Assembly: GCA_029288775.1 (NCBI GenBank)
Contig: JARIGQ010000006.1
Span: forward strand, 64,120 to 128,119
Reading direction: 5' to 3'
Origin: Candidatus Nomurabacteria bacterium
Lineage (GTDB): Bacteria > Patescibacteriota > Minisyncoccia > Phycocordibacterales > UBA5272
Length of the DNA: 64,000 nt
Every line of letters begins with the position of its first letter. Positions within the stretch are counted from its first letter, which is position 1. Below are positions 29,130 to 38,617 of the stretch, one piece after another. The notes below the pieces were generated by a model. It was not told the DNA's origin and did not search any database. It saw only the letters and a program-made list of their open reading frames with translations. The translations under genes and the position numbers were made by a program.

Positions 29130-30596
29130 ATGGATAAGCGTCCTTTTTTCATCACTACTGCTATCGCATACGCAAATGGTGCTCCGCATGTCGGGCATGC
29201 TTTTGAGTTTCTTTTGGCTGACGCAATCGCTCGCTATAAGCGTTTGGAAGGAAACGACGTTTATTTCATTACAGGTATGGATGAGCATGGACAGAAAATA
29301 GAACAGAAAGCCAAAGAACAAGGACTTGCTGTACAATCTTTTGTAGATGGATATGCGGAGGAGTTTAAGTCGCTTGATCGTGAATTGGGTATTTCGTATG
29401 ACTTTTTCGTACGCACAAGCGATATGGAGAAGCATTATAAGGGTGCCCAAGCATTATGGAAAAAGATTGCCGAAAAGGGGGATTTGGAAAAACGTTCCTA
29501 CAAAGCGCTCTATTGCGTAGGGTGTGAGGAGTTCAAGACCGAAAAAGATTTGGATGCGGAAGGACGTTGTCCACTTCATTTGAAAGTGCCGGAAGTAGTA
29601 GAGGAGGAAAATTATTTCTTCAAGCTTTCTCAGTACACTGAAATAATTAAGGATAAGATATTAACTGATGAAGTAAAGATTTATCCGCAGTCGAGAAAGA
29701 ACGAGATTTTAGCACTCCTTGAGCGGGGACTTGAGGATGTCTCTTTTTCTCGACCTACGACAAAAGTAGCCTGGGGGATTCCAGTTCCTGGTGACGATTC
29801 GCAGGTCATGTACGTATGGTGTGATGCGCTTGCAAACTATATTACTGCAATCGGCTACGGCACGGATACGTTTCGCGAAGATTTGTGGAGTAATGCCACG
29901 CATGTCATTGGTAAGGATATCCTTCGTTTTCATGCTGCTATTTGGCCAGGTATGCTTCTTTCAGCCGGACTTGCACTTCCTAAAAATATTATTGTTCACG
30001 GACATATCACCTCGGGCGGTCAGAAAATGAGTAAAACATTAGGTAATAGTATTGATCCAAAAGATGTTATTGAGCTCTTTAAACCTGTTGCAGGTGAGCT
30101 CGCTGGAGAAGCCGCGCGTTTTGTTTTACTTCATGAGGTCCCAAGTTTTAATGATGGTGATATTACGCTTGATTCCATCAAAAGCGCATACACAGGCCAT
30201 TTAGTAAACGGCCTTGGGAATCTTACGAGTCGTATTATGAAATTATGCGAAGTTCATAAAGATAAACTGACAGCACTCCCGTTTGAATTCAATGATAATT
30301 ATCCACATGAAGGGGATATTTGGGAATCTTTCACTGATTTTGATCCTAATCAAGCCCTCCATCTTGTAATGGATTATACAAAGCTTTTGGATGAAACTAT
30401 TCAGAAAGACGAAGCTTTCAAAGTAATTAAGCAAGACGAAGCGCGCGGATTAGAACTCATCAATGAACATAAGAAAAGATTAATGATGATTGCAACCATG
30501 CTGTATCCTTTTATTCCAAAAACTTCTCAAATTATTCTTGATTGTATTCGCGAAAACAAAATGCCTGAGAAGCCGCTGTTTGCACGGCTTCCATAG
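29130..30596 (+). CDS. metG: methionine--tRNA ligase (minimal core form)
   Basis: FFITTAIAYANGAPHVGHAFE HIGH region, CPLH zinc knuckle, KMSKTLGN. Confidence 0.9.
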   Translation: MDKRPFFITTAIAYANGAPHVGHAFEFLLADAIARYKRLEGNDVYFITGMDEHGQKIEQKAKEQGLAVQSFVDGYAEEFKSLDRELGISYDFFVRTSDMEKHYKGAQALWKKIAEKGDLEKRSYKALYCVGCEEFKTEKDLDAEGRCPLHLKVPEVVEEENYFFKLSQYTEIIKDKILTDEVKIYPQSRKNEILALLERGLEDVSFSRPTTKVAWGIPVPGDDSQVMYVWCDALANYITAIGYGTDTFREDLWSNATHVIGKDILRFHAAIWPGMLLSAGLALPKNIIVHGHITSGGQKMSKTLGNSIDPKDVIELFKPVAGELAGEAARFVLLHEVPSFNDGDITLDSIKSAYTGHLVNGLGNLTSRIMKLCEVHKDKLTALPFEFNDNYPHEGDIWESFTDFDPNQALHLVMDYTKLLDETIQKDEAFKVIKQDEARGLELINEHKKRLMMIATMLYPFIPKTSQIILDCIRENKMPEKPLFARLP

Positions 30597-30597
30597 T

Positions 30598-30957
30598 ATG
30601 AAAAAGATCTATAACAAACTAGTGCGCGATAAGATGATAGACATCTACAAGCATGATGTTGAAAATAAAATAAGCGCAAGCGGGTATAGTGTTCGCTATA
30701 TGGAACGCGAGGAGACATTAGAGCGCTTGAAGGATAAGCTCTTGGAAGAAGCTCAGGAAGTGTTCGAAGCCTATGGAAAGGAAGATAAGACACATCTGAA
30801 AGAAGAGATAGCGGATGTGATTGAAGTAATTGATGCCATTTTGTATCATAATGACATTTCGTTAGAGGAGGTTTTAGTACTTCGTGATGCTAAGAAAGAA
30901 AAACGAGGGGGATTTGAGAAAGGCTTATTTTTGGAGAGCATAGATTATTTTGACTAA
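30598..30957 (+). CDS. MazG-like house-cleaning nucleoside-triphosphate pyrophosphohydrolase (small form)
   Basis: YNKLVRDKMIDIY...EEAQEV...EEIADVIEVIDAI pattern; ATG 1 nt after the metG stop. Confidence 0.55.
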   Translation: MKKIYNKLVRDKMIDIYKHDVENKISASGYSVRYMEREETLERLKDKLLEEAQEVFEAYGKEDKTHLKEEIADVIEVIDAILYHNDISLEEVLVLRDAKKEKRGGFEKGLFLESIDYFD

Positions 30958-30960
30958 ATC

Positions 30961-31569
30961 ATGGAAGAGAACAAGCAAGGTTTAATAGATATTGCTAAAC
31001 TGGTGTTTTCTTTCGCACGGGTTCATCGAGTCACGCTTCAGGAAGATGGCAAAACTCCGGAATCTGATACCGATCATACCGTCATGTTATCGGTATGTGC
31101 CTGCGCCCTTGCTCAAAAATTATATCCAGCTCTTGATATTGGAAAAGTAGCCCAATTTGCTATTGTACATGATCTTGTTGAAGCTTATGCCGGTGATACT
31201 AATACCTTTAATATTACGGAGGAAGAGCGTCATAAAAAAGAAGAGAGAGAAAAGCAGGCTTTTGAAAAGATACAGCAGGAGTTTCAGACTGTTTATCCTT
31301 GGATACCTTCTACAATAGCTTCCTATGAAGCTCTTGCTTCTGATGAAGCTCAATTTGTAAAAGCTGTAGATAAATTGATGACCAAACTTACTCATAGGAT
31401 CAATCAAGGGGCCTATTTGAAGAATGAAGGAAAAACAAGAGAAGAAACCAAAATGCATTATGATACTCAAGCACAAACTGTTGAAGAAAAATATGGCGAC
31501 AAGTTCCCCGAAGTGGTGACGTTGTTAAAAGAATTAACGGATGATATTTTACGAGAAACCTATGCATAG
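30961..31569 (+). CDS. HD-domain hydrolase (YfbR-like 5'-deoxynucleotidase)
   Basis: ESDTDHT ... HDLVEAYAGD metal-binding motifs. Confidence 0.6.
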   Translation: MEENKQGLIDIAKLVFSFARVHRVTLQEDGKTPESDTDHTVMLSVCACALAQKLYPALDIGKVAQFAIVHDLVEAYAGDTNTFNITEEERHKKEEREKQAFEKIQQEFQTVYPWIPSTIASYEALASDEAQFVKAVDKLMTKLTHRINQGAYLKNEGKTREETKMHYDTQAQTVEEKYGDKFPEVVTLLKELTDDILRETYA

Positions 31570-32374
31570 CAACTATATTGATGTTCATTCACATATTCAT
31601 GACAAGGTATTCGATGCAGATCGGGATCAGCTTGTCTTGGAAATGAAAGAAAAAGGGTGTGCCACGATTACGGTAGGCACGGATTTTATTGAAAGTAGTA
31701 AAGCTAAAGAAGTTGCAGAGAAATATAATAATGTATGGTTTACGGTTGGTATGCATCCGGTGGATAATCGTAATGAAGCTTTTGAAAAGGAAACGTATCG
31801 TGAGCTCCTCATACATCCCAAATGTGTAGCACTAGGGGAATGTGGGTTGGATTATTTTCACATCAAAGAATTTGAAGGCAATAAGGATGCGGAAGTGGAT
31901 CGTCAACAGCGGCTTTTTATGGAACAGATAGAGCTTGCGGTTGCATGTGATAAACCGCTTATGTTGCATGGACGTCCGGATGAGGGAATGGATGCCTATG
32001 AAGATATGCTTTTTATTTTGGGAAATGCCAAGAAAAAGCATGGCGAAAAACTACGCGGTAACGCTCACTTTTTCGTGGGAACGGTTGATATCGCAACGCA
32101 GTTCAACGATCTTGGTTTTACGGTTTCTTTTTCTGGTGTCATTACCTTTGCCAAAATGTATGAAGAGGTGGTCCGAGTGGTTCCACTAGAAATGATGCAT
32201 GCTGAAACTGATAGCCCGTATGCAACCCCAGTGCCGCATCGAGGGAAAAGAAATACACCACTCTATGTGGAACATATCTATGAAAAGATTGCAGAAATAA
32301 AAGGTCTTGATAAGGAAGAGGTGAGAGAGCAATTGGTTAAAAATGCCCACAGAGTCTTTGGTTTGACATTTTAG
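31541..32374 (+). CDS. TatD-family metal-dependent hydrolase
   Basis: IDVHSHIHD, GECGLDYFH, LMLHGR, ETDSPY motifs; start may be the Met at 31562. Confidence 0.8.
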   Translation: MIFYEKPMHSNYIDVHSHIHDKVFDADRDQLVLEMKEKGCATITVGTDFIESSKAKEVAEKYNNVWFTVGMHPVDNRNEAFEKETYRELLIHPKCVALGECGLDYFHIKEFEGNKDAEVDRQQRLFMEQIELAVACDKPLMLHGRPDEGMDAYEDMLFILGNAKKKHGEKLRGNAHFFVGTVDIATQFNDLGFTVSFSGVITFAKMYEEVVRVVPLEMMHAETDSPYATPVPHRGKRNTPLYVEHIYEKIAEIKGLDKEEVREQLVKNAHRVFGLTF

Positions 32375-32423
32375 CCTTAAACAGGCAGGATAAGGACAGT
32401 TGCAACTTACCAAAAGGGTCCGT

Positions 32424-32804
32424 ATGGAAACCGAGTCCAAGACCCCGGAGGCATTCTGTGGGGTCATCGCTGCCAAGTATGTCAGAGGCGAGGGAATAGA
32501 TGTGGTGCTTGCTGAAAGTGAGTATCGCATCCACATTGCTTCATCCAAGGATGAAGGCTTGAAATACCTCCCTGAAGGAGAGCGACGGCATTTTGTGGTG
32601 GAAGGTGGGCGGATCATTGCTGTTTATATCCGGCCTCGCATCCAGCTACTGAAGCTTGCCGGGGCTAGACTTCCTCTCCAGGACAGTCTCCTGTGGTCTC
32701 TGAAGCCCATTTATCCACGCGGTATTGGCAGGCTTCAGAGAAAAACAGGGAAGAGGAGTCGCAGGCTGCGCCTGTATCTTTTGCAGCATGATCTCCAGAG
32801 ATGA
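32424..32804 (+). CDS. GC-rich small hypothetical protein (coding status uncertain)
   Basis: 127-aa ORF in a 52% GC block with a weak AAAGGG SD and strong terminator (32806-32830); could alternatively be a structured RNA. Confidence 0.3.
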   Translation: METESKTPEAFCGVIAAKYVRGEGIDVVLAESEYRIHIASSKDEGLKYLPEGERRHFVVEGGRIIAVYIRPRIQLLKLAGARLPLQDSLLWSLKPIYPRGIGRLQRKTGKRSRRLRLYLLQHDLQR

Positions 32805-32861
32805 AAGGCCCGCTTCGGCGGGTCTTTTCTAATGCAAAAAATCGTGGTATAATAGCACCCT

Positions 32862-33368
32862 ATGACAGAAATTAATGAAACCATGGTGGATAACCGCGTA
32901 TACGAAATTTCTTTCATCTTTGATAACAAAATTGATGAAAGCGCGGCGCTTGGGAAAGCTGAACAGCTCAAGCAGTCTATCGCTACCCTTGGAGGTAGCT
33001 TCATTTCAGAAGAGACTCCGTATATGCGTGAGCTCGCTTACGAAATGATTCGCGTTCAGAATAATGTGAATGTTCGTTTTAATGAAGGATATTTCGGATG
33101 GATCAAGTTCGAAATGGACGCCGACAAAGTTAAGGAGTTCGAAAAGGCAATCAAGCTTGATGAGCAGGTGGTACGCTATATTGTCGTAAAGACAGTACGC
33201 GATAACACGGTCTACACCAAGCGCGCTCCAGTTATTAAGGCTGAAGTGCTTGCTTCAAATGAAGATGATGCAATTATTGACACTACAGGCGAGCCAGATA
33301 GTATCGATCCCCTCAAGGAACCGGAAATTGCTGAAGTTTCTGTGGCTGCTAGCGAAGAGATAAAGTAA
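32862..33368 (+). CDS. rpsF: 30S ribosomal protein S6 (C-terminally extended)
   Basis: VYEISFIFD...MRELAYE...GYFGWIKF; the -10 TATAAT is 10 nt before the ATG. Confidence 0.9.
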   Translation: MTEINETMVDNRVYEISFIFDNKIDESAALGKAEQLKQSIATLGGSFISEETPYMRELAYEMIRVQNNVNVRFNEGYFGWIKFEMDADKVKEFEKAIKLDEQVVRYIVVKTVRDNTVYTKRAPVIKAEVLASNEDDAIIDTTGEPDSIDPLKEPEIAEVSVAASEEIK

Positions 33369-33413
33369 GGAGTACACTTAAGGCAACCATTATAAGCGCC
33401 TCATTTATACCTT

Positions 33414-33875
33414 ATGTATCTCAACAAAGTCTATCTTTACGGAAATCTTACTCGCGATCCAGAGATGAAGTCACTCCCTTCAGGATCGAAAGTTACCCAG
33501 TTCTCTCTTGCAACTAATCGTGTGTACAAGGATCAGTCCGGCGCACGACAGGAACAAACCGAATACCATAATATCGTTGTATTCGGACGTCAGGCAGAAA
33601 CATCAGCTCAGTACTTGAAGAAAGGACAAGGGGTGATGATTGAAGGTCGCATTCAGACAAGGAGCTGGGATGACAAGACAACGGGTGAGAAGAAGTATCG
33701 TACTGAAATCGTAGCTGACGCCGTTCAGTTTGGTCCAAAAGGTGGTAACGGTGGAGGGGAAGGAGGATTTATTCCAGCTACACCTGCCGCTTCAGCGCCA
33801 ATCACGGGAGGAGCCGATCTCGATACGATTGATTACGGAGATGCTAATGTAAATGTCGACGACATTCCATTCTAA
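33414..33875 (+). CDS. ssb: single-stranded DNA-binding protein
   Basis: OB-fold N-terminus, Gly-rich linker, C-terminal DDIPF tip. Confidence 0.9.
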   Translation: MYLNKVYLYGNLTRDPEMKSLPSGSKVTQFSLATNRVYKDQSGARQEQTEYHNIVVFGRQAETSAQYLKKGQGVMIEGRIQTRSWDDKTTGEKKYRTEIVADAVQFGPKGGNGGGEGGFIPATPAASAPITGGADLDTIDYGDANVNVDDIPF

Positions 33876-34023
33876 ACAAATAAAATTATTTCATCTGCTG
33901 CGTAAGTGAAGAAATTTTCTCAGTCAATGTACTAGATGTACATTTTCCTCAAAAATTCTTCACTGCCTTGCATCTAAAACAATTTTCTCCGTTTAGACCA
34001 GTGACTAATAATTACAAACTACT

Positions 34024-34227
34024 ATGCATAAACAAGATTATTTCAACCAGAACAATATCAAGTTCATCGATTATAAGGATACAGAAATCCTTGCGAAGTT
34101 CTTGAACCCGCACGCGCGTATTCTCAATCGTCGCAAGACTGGCCTTACCGCCAAGAATCAGCGATCGCTTGCAAACGCAGTAAAACGTGCACGATTTATG
34201 GGGCTTCTCCCATACGTGTCTCACTAA
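34024..34227 (+). CDS. rpsR: 30S ribosomal protein S18
   Basis: [51 protein letters not shown]. Confidence 0.9.
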   Translation: MHKQDYFNQNNIKFIDYKDTEILAKFLNPHARILNRRKTGLTAKNQRSLANAVKRARFMGLLPYVSH

Positions 34228-34303
34228 GGAAAGTAAATGTAAAGCAAATATCCGCCGCAAGGCGGATATTTGCTTTTAAAGAAAAGATGTATACTTTAGA
34301 AAT

Positions 34304-34795
34304 ATGAATGAAAATGCACCACAACCAGAAAGTACTGAGCCAAGTTTTGTAGACCTCGTAGAACAACCATCTACTACTCCACTCACTGAAGAACAAAAGG
34401 ATGCTAAGTATATGGTTCTTACTCCAAATTTAGAGACCAACCTGAGTATAATGAAATCTCGAGTGGAAAAAAGTATCGATGATCTGTTCCTCATCCTCAA
34501 AAACCCTCATATCCAAACTGCCGAAAATGAAATAGAACGTATCGTTGATCATATTGCGAATGATCTTGGGTCTTTGATGACGTTACAACAAAAAAATGGA
34601 GAAAAAGAAGCCACGGTAGCAGGTCTGGTTCCAGCTTTTGAAAAATTAAATGATCCGCTACTTCAGCCGCTTCGCGCTGCTCTTCTTTCCTATAAGAATT
34701 CTGATTACGGGGCTCCGCTTGATGCAGTTAAAGTGTTAACTGAACAGCATAAAGCGCTTGTTAACCGGACTAAGGCTGAGCGTTCAGGTGTCTAA
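34304..34795 (+). CDS. hypothetical protein
   Basis: 163-aa acidic ORF flanked by terminators (34236-34275 and 34812-34848). Confidence 0.4.
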   Translation: MNENAPQPESTEPSFVDLVEQPSTTPLTEEQKDAKYMVLTPNLETNLSIMKSRVEKSIDDLFLILKNPHIQTAENEIERIVDHIANDLGSLMTLQQKNGEKEATVAGLVPAFEKLNDPLLQPLRAALLSYKNSDYGAPLDAVKVLTEQHKALVNRTKAERSGV

Positions 34796-34879
34796 GAAAA
34801 GATACACCATACTAGCAAAAAATCCGCCTTTTAAAAAGGCGGATTTTTTGCTAGTATTACACCTATTGATTATAAGCTA

Positions 34880-35503
34880 ATGACTATTGCCATGCACCCA
34901 AAAAAGGAACGAACATTTGTAATTCTTAAGCCAGACGCGATTCAGCGTGGGCTTGTAGGGGAAATTATTAAGCGCTTTGAGCAGATCGGTCTTAAGATCG
35001 TTGCTATGAAGATGCATCGTGCAGATGAAGAAAAATTGTGGAAGCACTATAATAAGGACGATGCATGGTTCCTGAAAAAAGGTGAAAAGATTGTTGTTAA
35101 TCGACAAGGCTTGGGGCTTCCTATTGAAAAGGAGCCGATCGAATATGGTCGCGATATTATTGGGGTAGTGGTGAAATATATGCGTGCAGGACCTGTTGTG
35201 TCGCTTGTACTTGAAGGTAACAATGCAGGTAATGTAGTGAAGCGTCTTGTTGGCGGTACAGAGCCAGCAACGGCGGATACAGGAACTATACGTGGAGACT
35301 TTGCGCTCGATTCATATTATTTGTGTGATGTGGATGGCTCTCGCGGTATGCGTAATCTTATTCATTGTACCGATCCTGCAGACGGAGATGATGCAGCAGA
35401 GCGTGAGATTGGCTTATGGTTTACGGAAGATGAAATTATGCAGTATAAGCATATTGCAGAAGCTATGCTCTATGATGTCGACCTCGACGGCATGATGGAA
35501 TAA
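34880..35503 (+). CDS. ndk: nucleoside-diphosphate kinase (with insertion)
   Basis: ERTFVILKPDAIQRGLVGEIIKRFEQIGLKIVAMK ... RNLIHCTD (catalytic His retained). Confidence 0.8.
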   Translation: MTIAMHPKKERTFVILKPDAIQRGLVGEIIKRFEQIGLKIVAMKMHRADEEKLWKHYNKDDAWFLKKGEKIVVNRQGLGLPIEKEPIEYGRDIIGVVVKYMRAGPVVSLVLEGNNAGNVVKRLVGGTEPATADTGTIRGDFALDSYYLCDVDGSRGMRNLIHCTDPADGDDAAEREIGLWFTEDEIMQYKHIAEAMLYDVDLDGMME

Positions 35504-35772
35504 TCTTATAAGAATTATTTCTTAGAAAAGTAAAAAGAAAAAGCAAGTAACCTTGCTTTTTCTTTTTCTCAAAGGAAGGCGAAAATCCATTTGTAAAGCT
35601 CTTGGAGCTTGAGTGGGCGAAGGGGAAGGATGTTTCTACCAAGAAAATACCTTTATTTTCAAGGGTTTTTTATGGGATGGCCACTTATCCACATAAGTCC
35701 CAGAAATTTGATTTGACAATGCTTGCAAACTTTTCTGTGAAAGAATATACCTAACTATAGGTGCTGATGTTT

Positions 35773-35936
35773 CCATCTGCATATACCGTTTTCCGGGCTT
35801 CATGGAATATTGAGATTTGGTCGCGGCCATATCCGTTTCCTGCCCACTTGAGCTTCATATCCAGATGGACGTTCAATTTAGCACCTCGCCTATGGAAAGA
35901 GCCGCATAAAGTTCCATACTTCTCATGCGGTTTTTT
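35773..35936 (+). ncRNA. candidate structured RNA, copy 1 (closing stem CCATCTG/CAGATGG) plus intrinsic terminator
   Basis: paralogous to copy 2; conserved core CCGGGCT..ATGGAATATTG.G.T..GGTCG.GGCC...TTTCCTGCCCAC.TGA; terminator GCCGCAT...ATGCGGTTTTTT. Confidence 0.4.
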
Positions 35937-36024
35937 CCTAAAAAAGTTTTGTAAGATTTCCGGTACTCAATCGTCCTACCAAAGCGATTGTTTTTTATTT
36001 TAAGATATTTATACTAAGAGTGGA

Positions 36025-36181
36025 GGACCAGGAAATTTTTCTGGATACCGCATCTCCGGGCTATGGAATATTGGGTTAAGGTCGAGGCCTCAACCTTTTC
36101 CTGCCCACCTGACATTTTGATCAGGAAGATGCCCTGGTCCTCTGTTTAAGAGCCGCCCCTCTGAAAAGAAGGGCGGTTTTT
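36025..36181 (+). ncRNA. candidate structured RNA, copy 2 (closing stem GGACCAGG/CCTGGTCC) plus intrinsic terminator
   Basis: same conserved core; compensatory CGG..CCG -> AGG..CCT change; -10-like TATACT just upstream; terminator CCGCCC...GGGCGGTTTTT. Confidence 0.4.
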
Positions 36182-36199
36182 GATGGTATACTTTTTAGC

Positions 36200-36559
36200 A
36201 TGAAGCAGATTATCATCTCCGTCCTCTACCTTGTTATAGTATTTCTGGTATCTCAGTTTATTTTCGAGCCTTCACATCTTTACTATGAGCTCTGGTGGTT
36301 GGATATTCCTATGCACATTATGGGTGGGTTTGGAGTTGCGTCACTTGTGGTTGCTGTTTCTGAATATTATAAAAAACCTGTTTCCTTGTCTAAACTTTTC
36401 CTTGTCTATGCAGTCGTTGCTATCACATGGGAAGTGTATGAATATGCTCATGATGTAGTGACGTATACAACGTGGAATGGATGGTTTGATACGGTTAAAG
36501 ATTTTATAGATGGAACCATCGGTATGTATCTTGCCTATCTTCTTATTAAGCATAAATAA
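36200..36559 (+). CDS. small membrane protein (possibly VanZ-like)
   Basis: 119 aa, 3-4 TM helices; TATACT -10 is 7 nt before the ATG. Confidence 0.35.
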   Translation: MKQIIISVLYLVIVFLVSQFIFEPSHLYYELWWLDIPMHIMGGFGVASLVVAVSEYYKKPVSLSKLFLVYAVVAITWEVYEYAHDVVTYTTWNGWFDTVKDFIDGTIGMYLAYLLIKHK

Positions 36560-36564
36560 TTTAT

Positions 36565-37938
36565 ATGGCAACATTTACAGTTACATTTGCGGGCGGAGCC
36601 CAGATGCCGACCGGCTCAAATTTTCTTCTTCAAATGGGTGGGAAGAAGATTCTTATAGATTGCGGCATGGTGCAAGGCGAGAAGTATACGATTCCTATCA
36701 ATTATGAAAAGTTTTCATATGATCCGGCATCGATCGATATCCTTATTGTTACTCACGGTCATTTGGATCACGTGGGGAGAATTCCCAAGCTCGTTAAGGA
36801 TGGTTTTAAAGGGAAAATTATAAGTACCGCTCCTACGAGGGAAATAGGAGAGCTTATCATGCTTGATAGTTTGGGTGTTTTTGGAAAAGAAGCAGCTCAT
36901 CAAGGCATAGAGCGGCTCTATGAAGAACAGGATGTATTGCGGGCGGTTCACTTATGGGACACAGTACTTGAATATGAAAAGCCTTTTTCCTATCAGACTG
37001 ATGCCGGGGAAGCAATTATTACTTTGCATGACGCAGGCCATATCTTGGGAAGTGCCATCATTGAAATTGCTTTTCAGGGAAAGCGAATCGCGTTTACAGG
37101 TGATCTTGGTAACACGCCTTCTCCGCTTATGCGTGATACGACTCCGCTTCGTAATGTCGATTATCTCATCATGGAAAGCGTGTATGGGGATCGCAATCAT
37201 ACCGATAAGGATAAGCGCATAGAAATTCTTAAAGAAGCAGTTGTGTCGACCATTCAAAAAGGGGGTACGGTGCTTATTCCTGCTTTCTCTATAGAGCGTA
37301 CTCAAGAGATGTTGCAGGCCTTCAATGAGCTTGTAGAGCACAAGGAAATACCCTCTGTTCCGGTATACCTGGATTCGCCGTTAGGTATTAATGTCACCAA
37401 AGTCTACAAGAAGTATGAAGGGTGGTTTAATGAAAATACGGAGAAGATTATTCAATCCGGAGATGATATTTTTGCCTTTAAAGGGCTTATTCAAACGCCT
37501 TCTCCGGAAGAAAGTAAAAAGATAAATGATGACCACGGCTCTAAAGTGATTATTGCAGGATCAGGCATGTCCAATGGTGGGCGTATTGTTCATCATGAGG
37601 CTCGTTATTTGCCGGATGAGAAGAGTACAATCTTGATTGTCGGTTATCAGGCGGTAAATACGCTTGGGCGCCGTATAAGTGACGGAGAAAAGCAAGTGAT
37701 TATCCATAATCAACCAGTACAGGTACGGGCCAAGGTGGTGACTATTCATGGTTTTTCTGCGCACAAGGATTCTGACCATCTGTATGAATTTGTAGATTCC
37801 ACAAAGGAGAGTTTGAAAAAGGTGTTTGTGGTTTTAGGTGAACCAAAAAGCGCATACTATCTAGCTCAACGTATTCATGAAGGTTATGGACTTGATGTGG
37901 TAGTTCCTGAAAAGGGGAATACCGTAGAACTTGATTAA
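36565..37938 (+). CDS. MBL-fold beta-CASP family RNA-metabolising hydrolase
   Basis: ILIDCGM...HGHLDHVGRIP (HxHxDH), beta-CASP and C-terminal RNA-specificity region. Confidence 0.75.
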   Translation: MATFTVTFAGGAQMPTGSNFLLQMGGKKILIDCGMVQGEKYTIPINYEKFSYDPASIDILIVTHGHLDHVGRIPKLVKDGFKGKIISTAPTREIGELIMLDSLGVFGKEAAHQGIERLYEEQDVLRAVHLWDTVLEYEKPFSYQTDAGEAIITLHDAGHILGSAIIEIAFQGKRIAFTGDLGNTPSPLMRDTTPLRNVDYLIMESVYGDRNHTDKDKRIEILKEAVVSTIQKGGTVLIPAFSIERTQEMLQAFNELVEHKEIPSVPVYLDSPLGINVTKVYKKYEGWFNENTEKIIQSGDDIFAFKGLIQTPSPEESKKINDDHGSKVIIAGSGMSNGGRIVHHEARYLPDEKSTILIVGYQAVNTLGRRISDGEKQVIIHNQPVQVRAKVVTIHGFSAHKDSDHLYEFVDSTKESLKKVFVVLGEPKSAYYLAQRIHEGYGLDVVVPEKGNTVELD

Positions 37939-37955
37939 TTGCTTTTAAGAATCAA

Positions 37956-38576
37956 ATGTATCCACTGCCTTTAGAGAAAGGCCTACGGTATACTGAAACA
38001 ACTATGAAAGGTCAGAGAATAACGATAGGCGTCTCAGGCGCCGCTGAAATTGCCCATTGTGGCCCTACGGTAATTCCGGTAGCCAAGGAGCTAGGCCGTG
38101 AAATTGCTCGCCAGGGGGCACAAATTGTCACAGGAGCTACGTCAGGCTTTCCTATGTATTCTGCAGAAGGAGCCAAAGAAGCAGGGGGCTTTTCTTTTGG
38201 TCTTTCGCCCGCGGCTAGTAAAAAAGAACACGAAGAAACCTATCGTTTGCCGCTTAAGGCAATGGATGCCGTGGTCTATACCGGGTTTGGTTTTCCGGGG
38301 CGAGATCTTATGATGGTGCGCTCGGCAGACGCAATGGTTATTGGTTGCGGACGTATAGGTACTATTCATGAATTTACAGTGGCATGGGAGGCAAATATGC
38401 CGATTGGCATCCTAGTAGGAGACTGGCCTACGGATGAAGTGATTCATAACATTATAGATAATAGCAATCGCACCAATCCGAACGTTATTTTTGAAAGCGA
38501 TCCAAAAGTAATGATTGAAAAGCTTATCTCTATGGTAAAGTCAAAAGAATCTGAACCATCTGATCTGCGCCTCTAA
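37956..38576 (+). CDS. LOG/TIGR00725-like Rossmann-fold protein
   Basis: ITIGVSGAAE...GATSG...GCGRIGTIHEF resembles the LOG-family PGGxGTxxE region. Confidence 0.45.
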   Translation: MYPLPLEKGLRYTETTMKGQRITIGVSGAAEIAHCGPTVIPVAKELGREIARQGAQIVTGATSGFPMYSAEGAKEAGGFSFGLSPAASKKEHEETYRLPLKAMDAVVYTGFGFPGRDLMMVRSADAMVIGCGRIGTIHEFTVAWEANMPIGILVGDWPTDEVIHNIIDNSNRTNPNVIFESDPKVMIEKLISMVKSKESEPSDLRL

Positions 38577-38617
38577 TAGCAACTAAAAACCGCAAGCTTG
38601 TGGCTTGCGGTTTTTAG

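Noticed and set aside
32380-32830. RNase P RNA or tmRNA in the mid-GC block
   Set aside because: None of the universal RNase P boxes (GGAAAGUCCGGGCUCC, AGGGUGAAA-GGUGCGGUAAGAGCGCACC, ACAGAACCCGGCUUA) nor tmRNA ends (GGGG...UCGACG / GGUUCGAUUCC...CCA) are present.
35636-36003. Short ORFs (64 and 80 aa) in the ndk-downstream gap
   Set aside because: They overlap the duplicated, covarying RNA-like elements and their terminators, have no start signals, and differ between the two copies in ways that preserve base-pairing rather than codons.
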